A stretch of DNA of 63,651 nt, filler included, from Sphacelaria rigidula (GCA_964200075.2; 7 parts of 7 records of this genome joined end to end with filler, not necessarily neighbours in it); one strand, 5' to 3'; positions 25,905 through 39,550 are shown, numbered from the whole stretch's first letter. A program made the numbers and translations. The notes: a model not told the origin generated them from the sequence alone.

Positions 25905-27224
25905 CTACGATAGGGTGGGGGTGGGGGATATTTGATTGCACGAATAAAAAGGCTCACAAGTGTGTCAGACACTGCCGCACTCGCGGGGCGCTTGTGTTTG
26001 GTTCAAAACGGTGTCTATCGGTATGAATGAGCGTTATTTATTTATAACAAGCTCTTGGAATTTCGTGCAAAAAGTGGCCCAAAATACCCCCCACGTATCG
26101 TACGATGACTCCAGCATGTCTTTGCGGTTCTCCATGCTCAGTTTTACATCACGATTCGAGAAATTGAGCTGAAAAACTGAGGTAAGGTCCAAGAGCGAGG
26201 TTCGTTTTCCCTCAAAACTTTACTGAACAAACGAAAAAAATGAAAAATGAGGAGTGAAAAATTAAAAATTAAGAAAACACTGTTTTTTTTCAAATATGTT
26301 TTGCACTAGCGGTTCTCCACACGAAATTTCAACGCACGACTCTCAAAAATTGGGACCCGATATTCAGATCTAATATATTTCGTGCCTCTGCTCGTAATCT
26401 ATTAACTTTCGAATGAAAGCTTATGCGCGCCATATCTCGAGGTAGAAAACAACGTAAATGAAGATGAGGATATCTATCGTTTCCCCGTGCTCCAGGGAAT
26501 GTCCACACCAAAAATGGCCATCCTCTGTATACATCGTCCGGGGTTTCATGTAGACTTTAGTATAAACGCCACATCCGCACGGTATAGGAATTACTAGACA
26601 TGGGGTTCAATCAACGAGAAAAAAATGGCCACGACTTTTGGGCCGATGAGCACCTCCCCCTTGGTTAGACGGTTACAACATACGGGTCACGGCCCAACTC
26701 GTCTGTATCGATGAGATATTTCTTTGAGAGCTTGAAGCCGTTTCTAGGCTGGACCAACCTGTTGTTGTCTCTTTTTGTTTTTACATAATGATCGAATACT
26801 ATTTATTGTTATTATTATTTGTCTGACATCATTTTTTATTACTAATATTCTTCATATATAATTGCTTTAGTTTTAGGCTCAAAAAAACTCCAGCCACACG
26901 TGTCTGCAAGGTTGCGCTGAATCTGGCTTGCACAACTGGCAATAATACGGCAGCACGGTAGCATTTGGAACGGCGGGTGTGCTATTTTTTTTCTTCTGGC
27001 CCTACTCCTTGTGATATCGGGATCTCGGGAAGGCATCCCACCCTCTCTACCGTCGCTTGGAGGAATTACCAACTGGGTGGTGGACCGGGCAACTTGTCGA
27101 CCGTACGTCAGGGTAATAGGCGGGTTGCATTCGCACGAGAGGTGAGGGAGCTGTGGCCAGAAACGATCTGTGACGCTAGCCAGCGCTAGAATGACAGCGT
27201 CAATATGCTTGTTCGAGGGACTCC

Positions 27225-27324
27225 NNNNNNNNNNNNNNNNNNNNNNNNNNNNNNNNNNNNNNNNNNNNTTAATTAATTAANNNNNNNNNNNNNNNNNNNN
27301 NNNNNNNNNNNNNNNNNNNNNNNN
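27225..27324. other. Artificial contig linker
   Basis: N44-TTAATTAATTAA-N44. Confidence 0.98.
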
Positions 27325-27463
27325 GTGGTCAATGGTCAAACGACTAAGGCAAGCAACGAATAAGTACGCCCCCCCCCGACGTCCCCATTTCGGTGGGGGT
27401 TACTCACTTGTTTCTTGCCTTAGTCGTTCGACCCTTGACCACGCGTCCCTTCCGAGACAGAGG
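27325..27463. mobile_element. Tail-to-tail pair of C-tailed LINE 3' ends
   Basis: 27325-27377 (+) ends ...gcaacgaataagtacgccccccccc; 27395-27463 is a minus-strand copy. Confidence 0.8.
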
Positions 27464-27975
27464 AGGTTCGCGTCGGATGGCAACGACACTATAAAGCATG
27501 TCATTCACTGCGCATGCTAGGCAACCGGGTTACCGTTTCCCCCCCCCCGATTGCGCTTTTTGCGGTTACCATGATAGTCGAGCTAGATCATTTTGTGTGG
27601 GGTGGAGAATTTTATTTCCGCGCAGAGGGGGATGATCGTACCACGTAGGGTTCTAATGGTGAGACACCCATGAGGCAGTAGAATACGTGGCTGTCTATGG
27701 AAGATGCGATGCCAAAGAATGAAGCAACTCATTGTAGGCTGTCATGCAAATGCAAGATAATCAGTAGGCTTTGGGCCAAATAATCTTGGCAGGATGCAGC
27801 TCACCCTTCATGCGACTCGTCGAACACATCACGGCGTTTTGCGCTTGACGATTGATTGCGAGCCTGGTTCGGTAAAAATAGCCGTAAGGCTACAGCATGC
27901 AAGATCATGCGTACCCCGTCCCCCCCCCTCCCCCCCTCCTCGGTCGCCGACCTTCCTTCATAATACCTCGCGTAG

Positions 27976-28215
27976 GTATTGTTCTCTGGAAGCGCCGCAT
28001 TGGGGGCTGCGTTTTCGTGGCCTTTGCTGAAGATCATACCGGCGTCGTTCGTCAGCATGGCCTCTAGGCCCGACAAGGGCTTCGTTTTCATGAACGTCCC
28101 CGCTGCCTACGCCTTGCTGGTGGTATATCTATGGGTGTCTTACTACTTGGTGTGGTTTGTGCCCTACAGGATACTCTACAGAGAGTTCCAGACTCACGAC
28201 AGACGACGAGATCAG
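27976..28215 (+). CDS. Internal exon of an unidentified membrane protein
   Basis: TAG acceptor, 240 nt open (VLFSGSAALGAAFSWPLL...YALLVVYLWVSYYLVWFVPYRILYREFQTHDRRRDQ), CAG|GTACAG donor; two hydrophobic segments. Confidence 0.6.
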
Positions 28216-31200
28216 GTACAGTTGTCGCTCACACACAACATGAAAAATGACTTGGGACATCATGTCGAGGACGTCGATTGATCAATAGCTTGATCGAGAT
28301 TCATTCGTTCATGGATGGGTGGGAGATCTGGTATCGAGTCACCCGCACAAAATACAATGCCAGTCCGTTTGGAAGATGGAGGTCGGAGGATAGGCGTATC
28401 CGAGGTACAGTTGACAGGAGACGCTGGCTAGACGAAACAACTCGAGTTGGAAGATGAAAAAAAAAAGTATACAGATATGAGGGAAAAGGCGCACACATGA
28501 ATACGGGAGCACTTAATGTGTACTGGTCAAAGGATTCTGTTCAAGGATCAAAGCATTCTGTTCAATGACACTGAACTGAAATCACTCTCCGATGGATGAT
28601 GGCCCCTCCCGTGGTACATTTTACAGGAAAAGTGAGATGGTGTCCCAGAAGCAGGGAGATTTCGCTCGTAGACCTTTCGTGAGTCCGTGTTCAGCACTTC
28701 TGGATCCATGCCAAAAAAACGACTTTAGCGAGGAAAAATAGTGCGAATAGGACGAACGATAGAAGTGCAGGTAGTTGTTGCTTTAAATAATCAAATATCT
28801 AGCCACGAGCACGTAGGCGTCAACCATTTTTCGATGCCTGAGTACCTGACAGCATAACGCAACGTGTGTGAACCTAACCGTAACCCTGAACCTAACCCCC
28901 CTGCACGGTATGACTCAACATTGTATACTATCTTTCTGGGAGGCGGACATTTCAGAGGAATTGTTGGATTGTGTTTTTTCTTTTTGCAAAGCTGATGTAG
29001 CTCTTCACCAGAATAGATCTGTTTTTGTCAGAACACGCTTACCCAATCTTGTTGTGCTGTTTTTCATTTGTATCTTTTCTTTGCGTCATATCCCATGTCG
29101 GGTAAATATCTAGAGGAATGGGTGCTTTTGATAACCCCACACTTTTTCCTTCTCTTTTCAAGCGTTGAGGTCACTTCGCTTGTAAGGACGGCACCTCACA
29201 AGGCGGAGTTAGAAATATGGGCGGTGTTCATGGTGTAGCTGCTCACAACGTCGCGTTTCATGTGGCCTCTTGTCTTTGCTGTTGGCATTACCCACGAGAC
29301 GCCCGGTGTAGGAATGATCCGGGTGGGTGATTTGAGGTTGTAAGATCATGTCGCCTCTTGTCGCGGGTCTGTCACGATGTCAATTCCGTGACCACGGCTG
29401 AGGTCGTGGCGGACCGCTTGATGTGCGACCATGAACCCATCGATAATCATTCAATCGCCGGGAGCAGGACGGCACGTGTTTTGCAGTCAGAATTTGATGT
29501 CGCACTGCACCTCGTATGTAGTGTAGAGTAGCCCTTGCATGAGAGGGAACACCTGTCGCGATCTAACTATATGGGCCCAAAACACACGACGTAAAGTGGG
29601 ATGCCTAATACTTGCAGTCTACGCGGGAGATGCTGTTGCTCGACTTTCAAGCGACACGTGAGCGGTGCGCGCTCTGTTCTCGAGTGTCGAACGGTGTCAG
29701 CGCTAGGGGATCATGAGCCATACCTATATGTGGTACTATTGGTACTGTTGTATACTGTACCGTTGGTGTTGTGCGGCCGTGGTTCTTCCGGCTTTTGCTA
29801 CATGATACACATGAGACATATGTACAGTACGTCGAAAGTGATCCATCCAGCGATGAAACATGCGGGTAGTAGCTGCTGATACCTGCTAGGAGAGGACATT
29901 TACCGAGTGATTGGTTGATGGGTTGTCGCACATTGACGTCAACGGATCCGTTCTGTTACTAACCCAGTCATGGTCATTAGATACAAGCTAGACGCACCCA
30001 GCCAAGGCAAGTAGGAGACGAAACGCATCGGCTAAAGGAGAGAAGGGACAAACTCAAAGCGAAGGAAGAGAGAAAACTGACAATAGTGCCCTGACGTGGC
30101 CGCCAGTCTATTGATGGGGTAATTAAACGTACACATGTACTAGAAAATACAAATGATCATTTTTATTTCTGCACATTGGTCCGATCTTTCGAACCCATGG
30201 TCACAGACGCGAGTTGGTCTTTCCAATGCCGTCCCTGCTATTCCTTACAAGGCACACGGAAATATACCCCAAAACGTTAGCGCTAACGCCCTGCCCGTAC
30301 TGCATTGCGAGTAACTCAAGTTTCGAGTATCATCATGTATCGTCATTATCCATAATCCTGTCGGCCGCGCGCTCACGCCTCGAATGTTTACCTGTGCAAG
30401 TGTATGCAGTGTTCCTTGCTTCCGGCAGCTTGGGGTATGGTGGAAAAATACGTCATCAGTAGAGTTCATGTGAATTCTGCGGGTTCATGATATTCACAAT
30501 CAGTCGTTCGATTGTGTGGCCAACTGTATATTCAGTTATAGCAGTAACGTTACAAGCGTGTACCGCATGACTCGGCTGGGATTGGGAGTTGTATTGTAGT
30601 TCTGTCCTTCGACCTATCTAAAGCGATACGTTGAGGGAATGGTGCTGAGAAGACAAGGTTTGGTGATCGCCGGATATGCGCAGGTGGCATAACCCTGTGC
30701 TTTATTTCGCCGGCGAAGGGAAGCAAACGACGAGATCAGCATCATCTGTAATGCGATATTTGACAGCAGCAGTAGATCTAGATAATAACGAGCCTGTTCA
30801 CAGAAACGCTCCATCTAGGACATACTGTTATGGTCTACCCGACATCACGTGACAGCCGGCGGCGCCTCCTCGTGCGTCATGTGCACTCTTGCTTGCGGTA
30901 CCTCTATCGGCAACATTGATCCCTTCAAGCGATGCGTGTAGGAAGTAAGCACGCACGCAACTTTGCGTGGTGGATTCGCACTACCACAATCAACGCCCAT
31001 GTGTTCGCCTTGACCCCAGTCACGCAACGACCTAAGCGAGGTGCATATTCTTGATGTCTTTTGTCACTCGGACACGTGCTTTGGCCCCTGTGTTGCCGCT
31101 TCAGTTCTACGCCGACATGAGGAGTGGGTTCGAGCAAAATGTTGAGTATGCACCGAGGTCGATCGGAGTGGATTTCCCCAAGACCCTGAGGGCGAGGTAT

Positions 31201-33382
31201 GTATAGTTTTCTCAAGTTTCTCTCGCGCTTTTTTGTTCCCTATCTCTCCCGTTGTTGATGAAGGAGCGGACTAGCACAGCAACAATAATAGACTCTTGTC
31301 AAGTAAGGCCGGGATAGCCCCCTTCCCCCCCAAACCAGTCCCAAACCTGCCGCGGAGAAGATTACCACACAGCGCATGATAGCTGGTTTATGACTTTATG
31401 AAGCCCCTCATACGGGCGACATTGGCGAGAACGGTCCCGAACATCGAAGTTCCCAGCTACTCGGTGTGCTCGGCTTTTGTCAGTTTGATTTACATGTAGA
31501 TTATGCCTTGTCAAGCCAGCGACTTATGTGGGGGAGGCTATCGCGGTATGAATCAGGCTTCCTTAATTTTTTGGTCATCCTTCTAACCCCTCTTCTCCCT
31601 TCCCTCAGGACGACTCGAGACGTGGTTCTTCATTGGTGTCCACGGTACGGGAAGAGTTTACACCAAGTCGGCGGCGAAAATCTCATGGATGAAAACTCTT
31701 CGCTTTTTGGTGTAGGCCGTCATACCCTAGCACTACCTTTATCGGATATTCCAGGGAGCTCAGAGTCCCAATGCCTCTCCTAGCGTGTGCAGCGCTTTAC
31801 GTTGCTCAAGTCGGCGCCGTAGAAGCTACTTCGAGTCTACAAAAAAGTACATGTTGCCTAGTGCACTTCACGCATTCCCCTTGCCCGAGGGTACTCGGTC
31901 TGCCTGGTGTTGTGTTGGGGTTAGGGTTAGCTTTGGGGTTATGATTAGCGTTTTGGTTTGACGAAAAATATGTGTTCAACCATTGAGTTTTGTTGCTGGG
32001 TTCACATGAAACGGCCTCTCATGATATCTGCTTTGCCGAAGATCGCGGGTCCCCAAGCTGAAGGGCAAGCCTAGGTATACTATGTTCGAGTCAAGCAATC
32101 TCGGGATATGTACGTGTGAGAAGGCCCGACGACGGACCCGCCGTCTTACACTACGTTGACCCACAGAATCAGAAAAACCTCATGCTACCTCCTCGGCTTT
32201 GCCGTTCGTAATCAGATCTCCGGAACTACCCACGCCAAAGCGAGGCACCCCGCTGTACCGTACTGTACCAACTCACGCCGTGCTGTATGACATGAATGAT
32301 GTTGATGTGCCGGCGCTCCAATTTATGATTGGCGTATTTGCAAGTCTAAGTTTGGGACTAAGGATGAAAAAATCTCGAAAGACCGGTGTTTCAGCTATGG
32401 ATCGCCCCTATCGCTGATGCCGTCTCGGACACGATTTGTTCGGACACGATGTTTGTCCGGACAGTACGTAGTGGGCATACGGCGGGAGAAAACTGCCGGG
32501 AACACCATGGATTGTGAACGACTGTTCATTCCCATCCTCGTTCCTAGGATTGTGGGAGGATTCGATAGAGTCAAGGGATCAAGTCATCTCTCGCCTGACA
32601 CCAACGTGTCGATTGCTTTTGATGGGGAGCTGGATCAGCACTCCAGCTTCCCGTCGACTCTCGTCGTCCATATTTCTGTGCCTCACGCGCCCAAAATCGC
32701 TAGAAACGGCGGGAATGAGTCTATTTTCAAAACGAGCGTATCCATCGAGATCCGAATCCGCGACCTTTCGTTCCAGCTCAAAATTGCTGTATCATCTAGT
32801 TTTACACCATTGTGGCGCGGCGGAGGTTTGAACGCCCTTTTCACACCTCAATATTTTTTATCAGCAGTAGTGCCTCTGTATTACTCCTTTAGGGCTTGTG
32901 GTTGAGAGTCCATGCCCAAATAGTGTGCTTCCCGAATAGCTTCCACGGCTTTCCCCCCTTCTTTCTTCTGCACTGCGTTTTTACCTGAAGCCTACCGGTC
33001 ATTTCTCGTTGATTTCTTGCTTGTTACCATGATGCTTGTTTCGAGCGGGATCGGTTGTTTGTCGTGTTTTCCCTCCCCCCTACCCTTCTCCTTTTCCCCC
33101 TGTTCTTTCTCTTCCTTTTCTGTTTGGTCTCGTCCTCTTTTTGTACGTTTTACTCTGTCCGTTCTATCCTTTCTTGGTCTTTCCCTTCTCTCGTGTTTAC
33201 GTTGCCAACTCTTTCCGTTTTGTTGACCGTGGATACTGTATGTATATCGTGTGACCATGGCCGGGTCCCTGGAGGACACGTTAACGCGCGACCAACCATT
33301 AACCTCATCAATCAATGACATCGATCAGTCGAATATACGTTCGTCATCTTGTTTGTTTCTCGCCTCATGCGTCGTGATCCAG

Positions 33383-33473
33383 AATGGCGTTGATGGAACC
33401 TGGGCAGGAGCGCAAGTTCCTGGAGGTCACCGGTATCGTGAGGCAGAAGACCTCTAGCAAAAAAATCATCAAG
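33383..33473 (+). CDS. Probable exon, possibly the same gene as 27976-28215
   Basis: CAG acceptor; MALMEPGQERKFLEVTGIVRQKTSSKKIIK; AAG|GTGTGT donor; an intervening exon is needed for phase. Confidence 0.4.
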
Positions 33474-34479
33474 GTGTGTGTTTATGTGTGGTGAGCCTGT
33501 GGCGTGGTCGCAGTATCAACAGCGAAGATGGTGAAAAATGTAGTGCGGTCGTTCACTGATCCCGCCGTGAAAGCAGTCGAGAGGGGTGTATGTGTGTGCC
33601 GTAAAGGTTTCGAGTATTCTTCGTGAGTTGCAGTGTGCACCACCCTCAGCTTATCCCTAGCTGAAGGGGTTGATATCCAGCGTACGTCAATGCAATACTC
33701 TAGGTGCCGGTCAAGTGCAGAACATACCCGGCATCTCATGAACTGCAGGTGTCGTTCAGGAAATGATCCTGTATGTAAAGTACTGTCGTGTACACACTGA
33801 ACCGTGCGTTAACACCTGTACCAGGTGTTATCTCGAGCCCCATACATGCGATCATGTCCCCGAGTACATGCTCATCCTCATCCGTGGGTCATTGAACTCA
33901 CGCTCCTTAATCGCCAGTCACCCGAGAACATTTATGCTGATACGGTACAGTACATCACGACCCCTCCTCGGGGCAGTTGGAAGTGTACACGGTAGCCTTC
34001 TCTGGGTTCAATCCTTCACCCGTTACCTTACTCGTTACCCGTGTTATTTCATAACAATGGTACGGTGAACACCGTCCCGGGGGGCGGGGGACGACGGGGT
34101 TTCCGGCATACGTGCAGGGACGAGCGGCCAACAAGAATACTTCGAACACGTTTCGAGTATCATTGCGGTACGGGTATGCCCTATTGTCGAACATTCTTCA
34201 ATTCGTTCCTGGGTGGCTGACGACAGCACCAAGAAATGTACCCGTATATTCCCCTTCAACGATATTCCACACCTTTAGGCACCGGAACTTGAGTGGATCG
34301 AGAAAATATTTCGAGGCTTCGAGATCTTGAGCTTTTGGATGGATCTTGATCGACGAGTTTCTCCGAACGGAAAATGCTCAAAGCCGGTTTACACTAATAA
34401 CCCCAAATAGTTTCATTCAGCGAATTTCTTGCGCATTACCTATCCAATAGTCACAGACATGGTGTCATAGTGATCGTCA

Positions 34480-34995
34480 TGAATAAGTCAAGAGGGTGAC
34501 ATAGCCGAAGCTTGTTTGAGGTCGTACCGGTTGCGCTGAGGGCGCAAAGGTGCGTCGACCAATAGTCGGCCTTGAAGCGGTTCTGAAATCAAAAGAAGGC
34601 GAATTCCCGATACAATTTCTACTCGATTTCCGTATGCTTCAAATCTTGGAAACCGCCGTCGGCTCGTGCAATCTGATGGAAAAAAAACAGGTTTGAAAAC
34701 AGTTTACTATGGGACCGAATTTTGCCCAAAACCGTAGTATTCTAGTGATGTGGGGTTTTGACGTCTTCGGATTTCCAGAGGTGATGATATGCACCAAAGC
34801 CTCAGAATCCTCCTGACGGTTTCCCTTATATTCGTCGTAGAGAAGCTCAGACAGCCCTCAAACTTGATACTTCGATAGGTATGATGCCCCAAATAGCGAA
34901 GTGCCTTTAAAATGTTTTCGAAGTTTCTTGCTCTTTACCGGCTTGCGGGGTGTCTTCGGTCGGGGACCCCCGGAAGCTGGTACAGAATGCATGAA
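34480..34995. repeat. Dispersed repeat; inverted homolog at ~58350-58800 plus ~59490-59520
   Basis: e.g. ggtttcccttatattcgtcgtagagaagctc vs gagctttcttacgacagatattaagggaaacc. Confidence 0.65.
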
Positions 34996-35876
34996 AACCA
35001 ATAAGATATACGTACGTGTCTTAAGGTGATCCAAGAAATATTCTTAGAACGTGAAATGATGCAACGGAATCGTTTTTGACGTCGAACGTACCGGAAAAAG
35101 TCGTTTCTACCATATACTAAAGTCAAGTGGTCGTGAGTTTGTACCTTGCAAGCTCACTTCATCGCACAGAAGCGCAAATGTTCACGCCGAGTTTTCGGGC
35201 TAGACTCAGAAACGTTGCAGACGTATACCATGGGCCATCACGAAACTTGCGATGGACGGCGTTTCTCCACGAGGTATCCGCGGTCCCGGAAGGGCATGTG
35301 AGAGGCATGTGACTCCCCAGGATACTGGGACCCTCGATAACCGGTGATTTGAAAAATTTCGGTGAGATCACGATTCGCTACGTAGCAGGTCTTGGTATAC
35401 GACAAGGTCGCCATGGTCGTTTCCAGGAGTTTTGTTGGATAATCCAGCGCTGCCGATACACAACCCTGTCGTTTTCGGTCCCTTGAGCTGAACGATGTGT
35501 TCACGTGTTTCCCCGTCGTGTTTTCATCTTACTTCGCTTGTGTTCGTCGTCACTTTTACTTGTCCCGCCTCGTGTCTCATGTCGTACAAGTGCTGTAGTG
35601 GGGAAGCCGAGCAACATGTCTCACCATGTTCCCTCGGGGCTTCCACGCTTATTCTGCTGTGTAGAAACGGCACACTCCCATGCCAAACAAACCACATATC
35701 ATATATCAACATGTTGTGCTGTATCAATCAATGTAAACATCAATGCAGCCTCATGAAGGATTGGTGTCTAAAGTGTGCAGCCATGGCCAAGGTTACGCCT
35801 CGATATCACTGTTTCAGCCGATCCTTCAATTTTTTCACGCGTGGAAACCTCCCGACAGCCCTCTCCCCCCGCCACA

Positions 35877-36313
35877 GACCTGTACCTGCCAGGAAGAAGG
35901 AGATATACAGTAGTACTGTAGTCGTGTGGAGGAGGAAGTAGATGCACAAAACTGCCTCTGTGGCAAAGCAATAGAAAGGAGAAGCCATGTAGTGGCAGAA
36001 TGTGAACTATACAAGGAGGAACGGGACGTGAACGAAGGTGGCATCAAATCGTTTGATGCATTAGACAGTAGCAAGAAAACGATGGTTATACTAGGAGATA
36101 GATGGCCGCAGACGGCGAAACAGGACGGGGATAAGATATAGTAAAATGTTTTTGCGCGATGTATGGAAGAAGCGTAATGAGCGCCGGAATGTTGAAGGTG
36201 TCTTTATTAGGAGTAGGAACGGTGCTTCGTCTGGAAAGGGATGCGTTGTCAATGGTCAAACGACTAAGGCAAGCAACGAATGAGTACGCACACCCCACCC
36301 CCCCCCCCCCCCC
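35877..36313 (+). mobile_element. 5'-truncated non-LTR retrotransposon (LINE): ORF C-terminus with CCHC knuckle, ends in C-run
   Basis: EEEVDAQNCLCGKAIERRSHVVAECELYKEERDV (C-x-C-x8-H-x4-C), then after a frameshift VWKKRNE...GCVVNGQTTKASNE*; TGA is followed directly by GTACGC and a C tract. Confidence 0.8.
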
Positions 36314-36331
36314 GGGAAGGACGCCCTCTCC

Positions 36332-36431
36332 NNNNNNNNNNNNNNNNNNNNNNNNNNNNNNNNNNNNNNNNNNNNTTAATTAATTAANNNNNNNNNNNNN
36401 NNNNNNNNNNNNNNNNNNNNNNNNNNNNNNN
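36332..36431. other. Artificial contig linker
   Basis: N44-TTAATTAATTAA-N44. Confidence 0.98.
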
Positions 36432-36903
36432 GTCCCGGCATTGTAGGGATGCGAGGTCAATGGTCTGATGACTATGGCATGCATGATCATGAGTACACCC
36501 AACTGGGTACCGGTGTGCCAGTTACGGGAACAGGGGCGCGGTGCGGTATTCGGCTCGCAAAAAATCATGATCAAAAATAAAAGGCACAACAACTACTGAT
36601 GTGTGCCACGTCCAGTGTATTCGACTCCCATGGACCATGACGACTACAACCAGAATCTAGTTTTTTCAATTCAACGTCCGGCAAACAAACCACATTATTA
36701 ACATGCTACAATACAACAAACACAAGGAAACACTGTCACCGTGAAGGAGGATACCCACATACCCCACATCCCCACCCATCCCCTTGTGTTTTAGTTGCAT
36801 GCATCGGATGCATTGGTACACACGATTCCCCTTGCAGAGTTGTGCGCAAGGTACTCAGAAAAAAAGGGACTGAAAACACCCACATCCTCTCTTTCTCTCT
36901 CAC

Positions 36904-36975
36904 CTCAATCACCACTTCGCCGTCGACGCTTTGAAGACATTGAGTCAAAGCCAGCTGCGCGCACGGTCCACCACC
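36904..36975 (-). CDS. NPL-domain protein, exon 3 (gene truncated by the contig end)
   Basis: CAG acceptor; GGGPCAQLALTQCLQSVDGEVVIE; donor GTGAGA; phase 0/0. Confidence 0.75.
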
Positions 36976-38853
36976 CTGCACGTACAAGACATCCAACACG
37001 ACACCTCTTCAAGACAAGGACAAAAAAACGAGTACATCCAAGTTTCTCCCGGACGACTCTCCATTCAGCATCATAACAACAAACATAGGCAGGCGGCAAA
37101 CATCCAACCCATGCCCGGCTCAACGCACCGTAGTCACCGTCACGAAGAATATCACCCCTGGGGGAGGGGGTGCTGCGTTTCGGCTAATTTCGGGAACACA
37201 CAGCAGCGATACCTCCAGTGTGCCTTAACGCTGTATGCTGCATACCACTGCCTAATGACGCCCCTGGAGGATGACTTTTCGGGCCCCTCAAACTCATCGC
37301 GGGTGCTTGCTAATACACTAGGCCACATGCGGTGGGGTATAATAATATTAGCATGAAGAATGAATCTACTATGGGTTTACTGAAATTGGTGTGGTATGTT
37401 GATTCCACGATAGGGGGTTCCATTAAATGAAACGCTAAAAATTCTCCCCTCCCCCAGTCCTTTAACCCCTCTTTCGCATCACATGAAGACCGTGTCAAAA
37501 GGCATTTTTTTCTTCAAATAGTCTTCCTTCTTCTCTTCGACGCGCATCGTAAATCCCAAATTCGTGAGAACCGAAGGAAAAAATCCACCTCTACTCTTGT
37601 CTTACCTACACCCATATGTCGAATTTTGAGTCTACGGAGCCCCCCGGACGACGTATTGTGCTACGCGGTTCTCGTTTTGAATAAATTTTTGGAATAGTTA
37701 CGAGGGATGGGGATCGCTCCGCAACAGCATGTATATATATATATATATATATGATCGAAACCTACGCTTGGGAGGAAAATCCAAGACGGCGAAATTTCGC
37801 GACAAACTTTTTTGCATATTTTCCACAAGTCCACTGACGGTACCTACATTGGTGTGTGTGCCGGTGTGGGATAATACGAGGTGGGTTGACCGGAGTAAGG
37901 AAACATTCTATCGATGCTCAACACATTTACAACAATCGCTAACCCTAGACCCAACTTAAGGCATACCGAGGAACCCTCGAGCACGGGAGGTGCAAACGTA
38001 GGGTTGTTCTCTATTATAGGTAAAGTATGGCGCCGATTCGGACGAAAACGCGCTCTGCGCACGTTAAAAGCATACGGGACTATTAAGCCCCGATAGAGAT
38101 CCGAGTCTCGTTGTTTACACTTGAATCAAGCACACGTCGGGCATGTCATAATCTGTCTATAACAACTAATCGAAGAAGACTCTCGAGCCCGTTGGTCCAA
38201 AAATACAAAATTTGTGACCGTGGAGTCAGGAAAGCCAAAGCGCAACCTTTGCACTACTCGGCGTGCTCAGTGTCGGGCGCTGCTGGTAGAAGCAAACATG
38301 GAATATGGCTGCCAAATGGTCCGGATGATGATCCGGATCAGTACACTGAGAAGAAGTAACTTTTAGATGGAACATGAACATTATCTATCCGCCGTGTGAA
38401 ATCAACCAACTTTGTAGTCCAACTCCGGTCAACTCTTGTGGATAATGCCGTCAACTGTGCAGCTGCTAGCAAGCAAAGCTTCTGCTTGTTGAAAATTTTC
38501 GACAAAAAACGTTCTGATTGTCATTGCGTTCAACAGGAATCCTCCTCAATCTTTTTGAGCCTGATGACGACATTATCCATCATCGATCAGGTTTTCTTCC
38601 GACAGACGCTCGACTTACTTAAGGGGGAAAAAAAAAATTTGGGAACAAAATAGAACTCGTCTACACTACCACGACCAGCTTGACCTCAACTGCATACACC
38701 ATGTAGAACAGTGAACTGTTGGATTACTGTCTACTATCTCCCTCTTTTTCGTAAATAGATCATGATCAAACTATTATACTGAGATTCCGACCCAGAGGGG
38801 ATACTCTAGCTCATAATCCCGTACTTCAGGAAACGGGAGGTGGTAAAACTTAC

Positions 38854-38934
38854 TTGAAGCGTGCCAAGTAAGTAGGCGTTACCGCCGATCTCGCCCTCCA
38901 CCTGGACCCACAGCGTGGCCATAGAATTCTCCGC
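38854..38934 (-). CDS. NPL-domain protein, exon 2
   Basis: ttttttgtttgtag acceptor; AENSMATLWVQVEGEIGGNAYLLGTLQ; donor GTAAGT; phase 0/0. Confidence 0.8.
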
Positions 38935-39183
38935 CTACAAACAAAAAAGGCCGCATTTAGGCGAAATCGAAGGGGTCAACGATGGGCAACGGTGAAGTTG
39001 ACCTTCCGATCATTCCATTTTTGACATAATTCCAAACACATATGGCTTGCTTCAAATTTAAATGGCTAACTTCACGTATTCTACTTCATAAATGAGCAAA
39101 AATATTTATATGATTCAATATTAATAATTATGCCCGAGTTTGGTAAATTAGCCCCCTGATTTTGACATGTAACTGCTGGTGCT

Positions 39184-39550
39184 GGTCGCCCCGGTGGCTC
39201 AGTCGGTAACCTCGAAATCTTCTGAAGGTTGGATCGTGGGTTCGAACCTCGGTGCAGTCACACATCTGGGATTTTTTCTCACGCCATGCCCAACAGTGGA
39301 GAGCGAGTATGTTGTGGGTACACAGGATTCGACTTGAAGGTCGACGAGGGAAAGGGATCGCTAAACCCCTCTCGCGATAAAAAATAAAGGCAAGCACCGC
39401 ACAAGGAAGGTGAAAAAATAAAGCAAAAACCAAAACAAAAGACTCCTGTGTTATCCCTCCTCCTGTGTGGCCCCGGCTGATGCGCCCACATATACCGAAA
39501 GGTGTAGACTGGCGTCCAGAGTAGATGGAATGTCAACGCAACACACACAC
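39184..39550 (+). mobile_element. tRNA-derived SINE family A, copy 1
   Basis: A box TGGCTCAGTCGG, B box GGTTCGAACC, (CA)n tail; collinear with 42263-42619. Confidence 0.85.

Noticed and set aside
32417-32905. 162-aa ORF with a possible acceptor near 32547
   Set aside because: No recognisable domain and no consistent splice phase with neighbouring candidate exons.
39187-39255. tRNA gene (also at 42266 and 24080-24148)
   Set aside because: No proper cloverleaf or acceptor stem; followed by a shared SINE body, and a tail with TSD in the 42263 copy.
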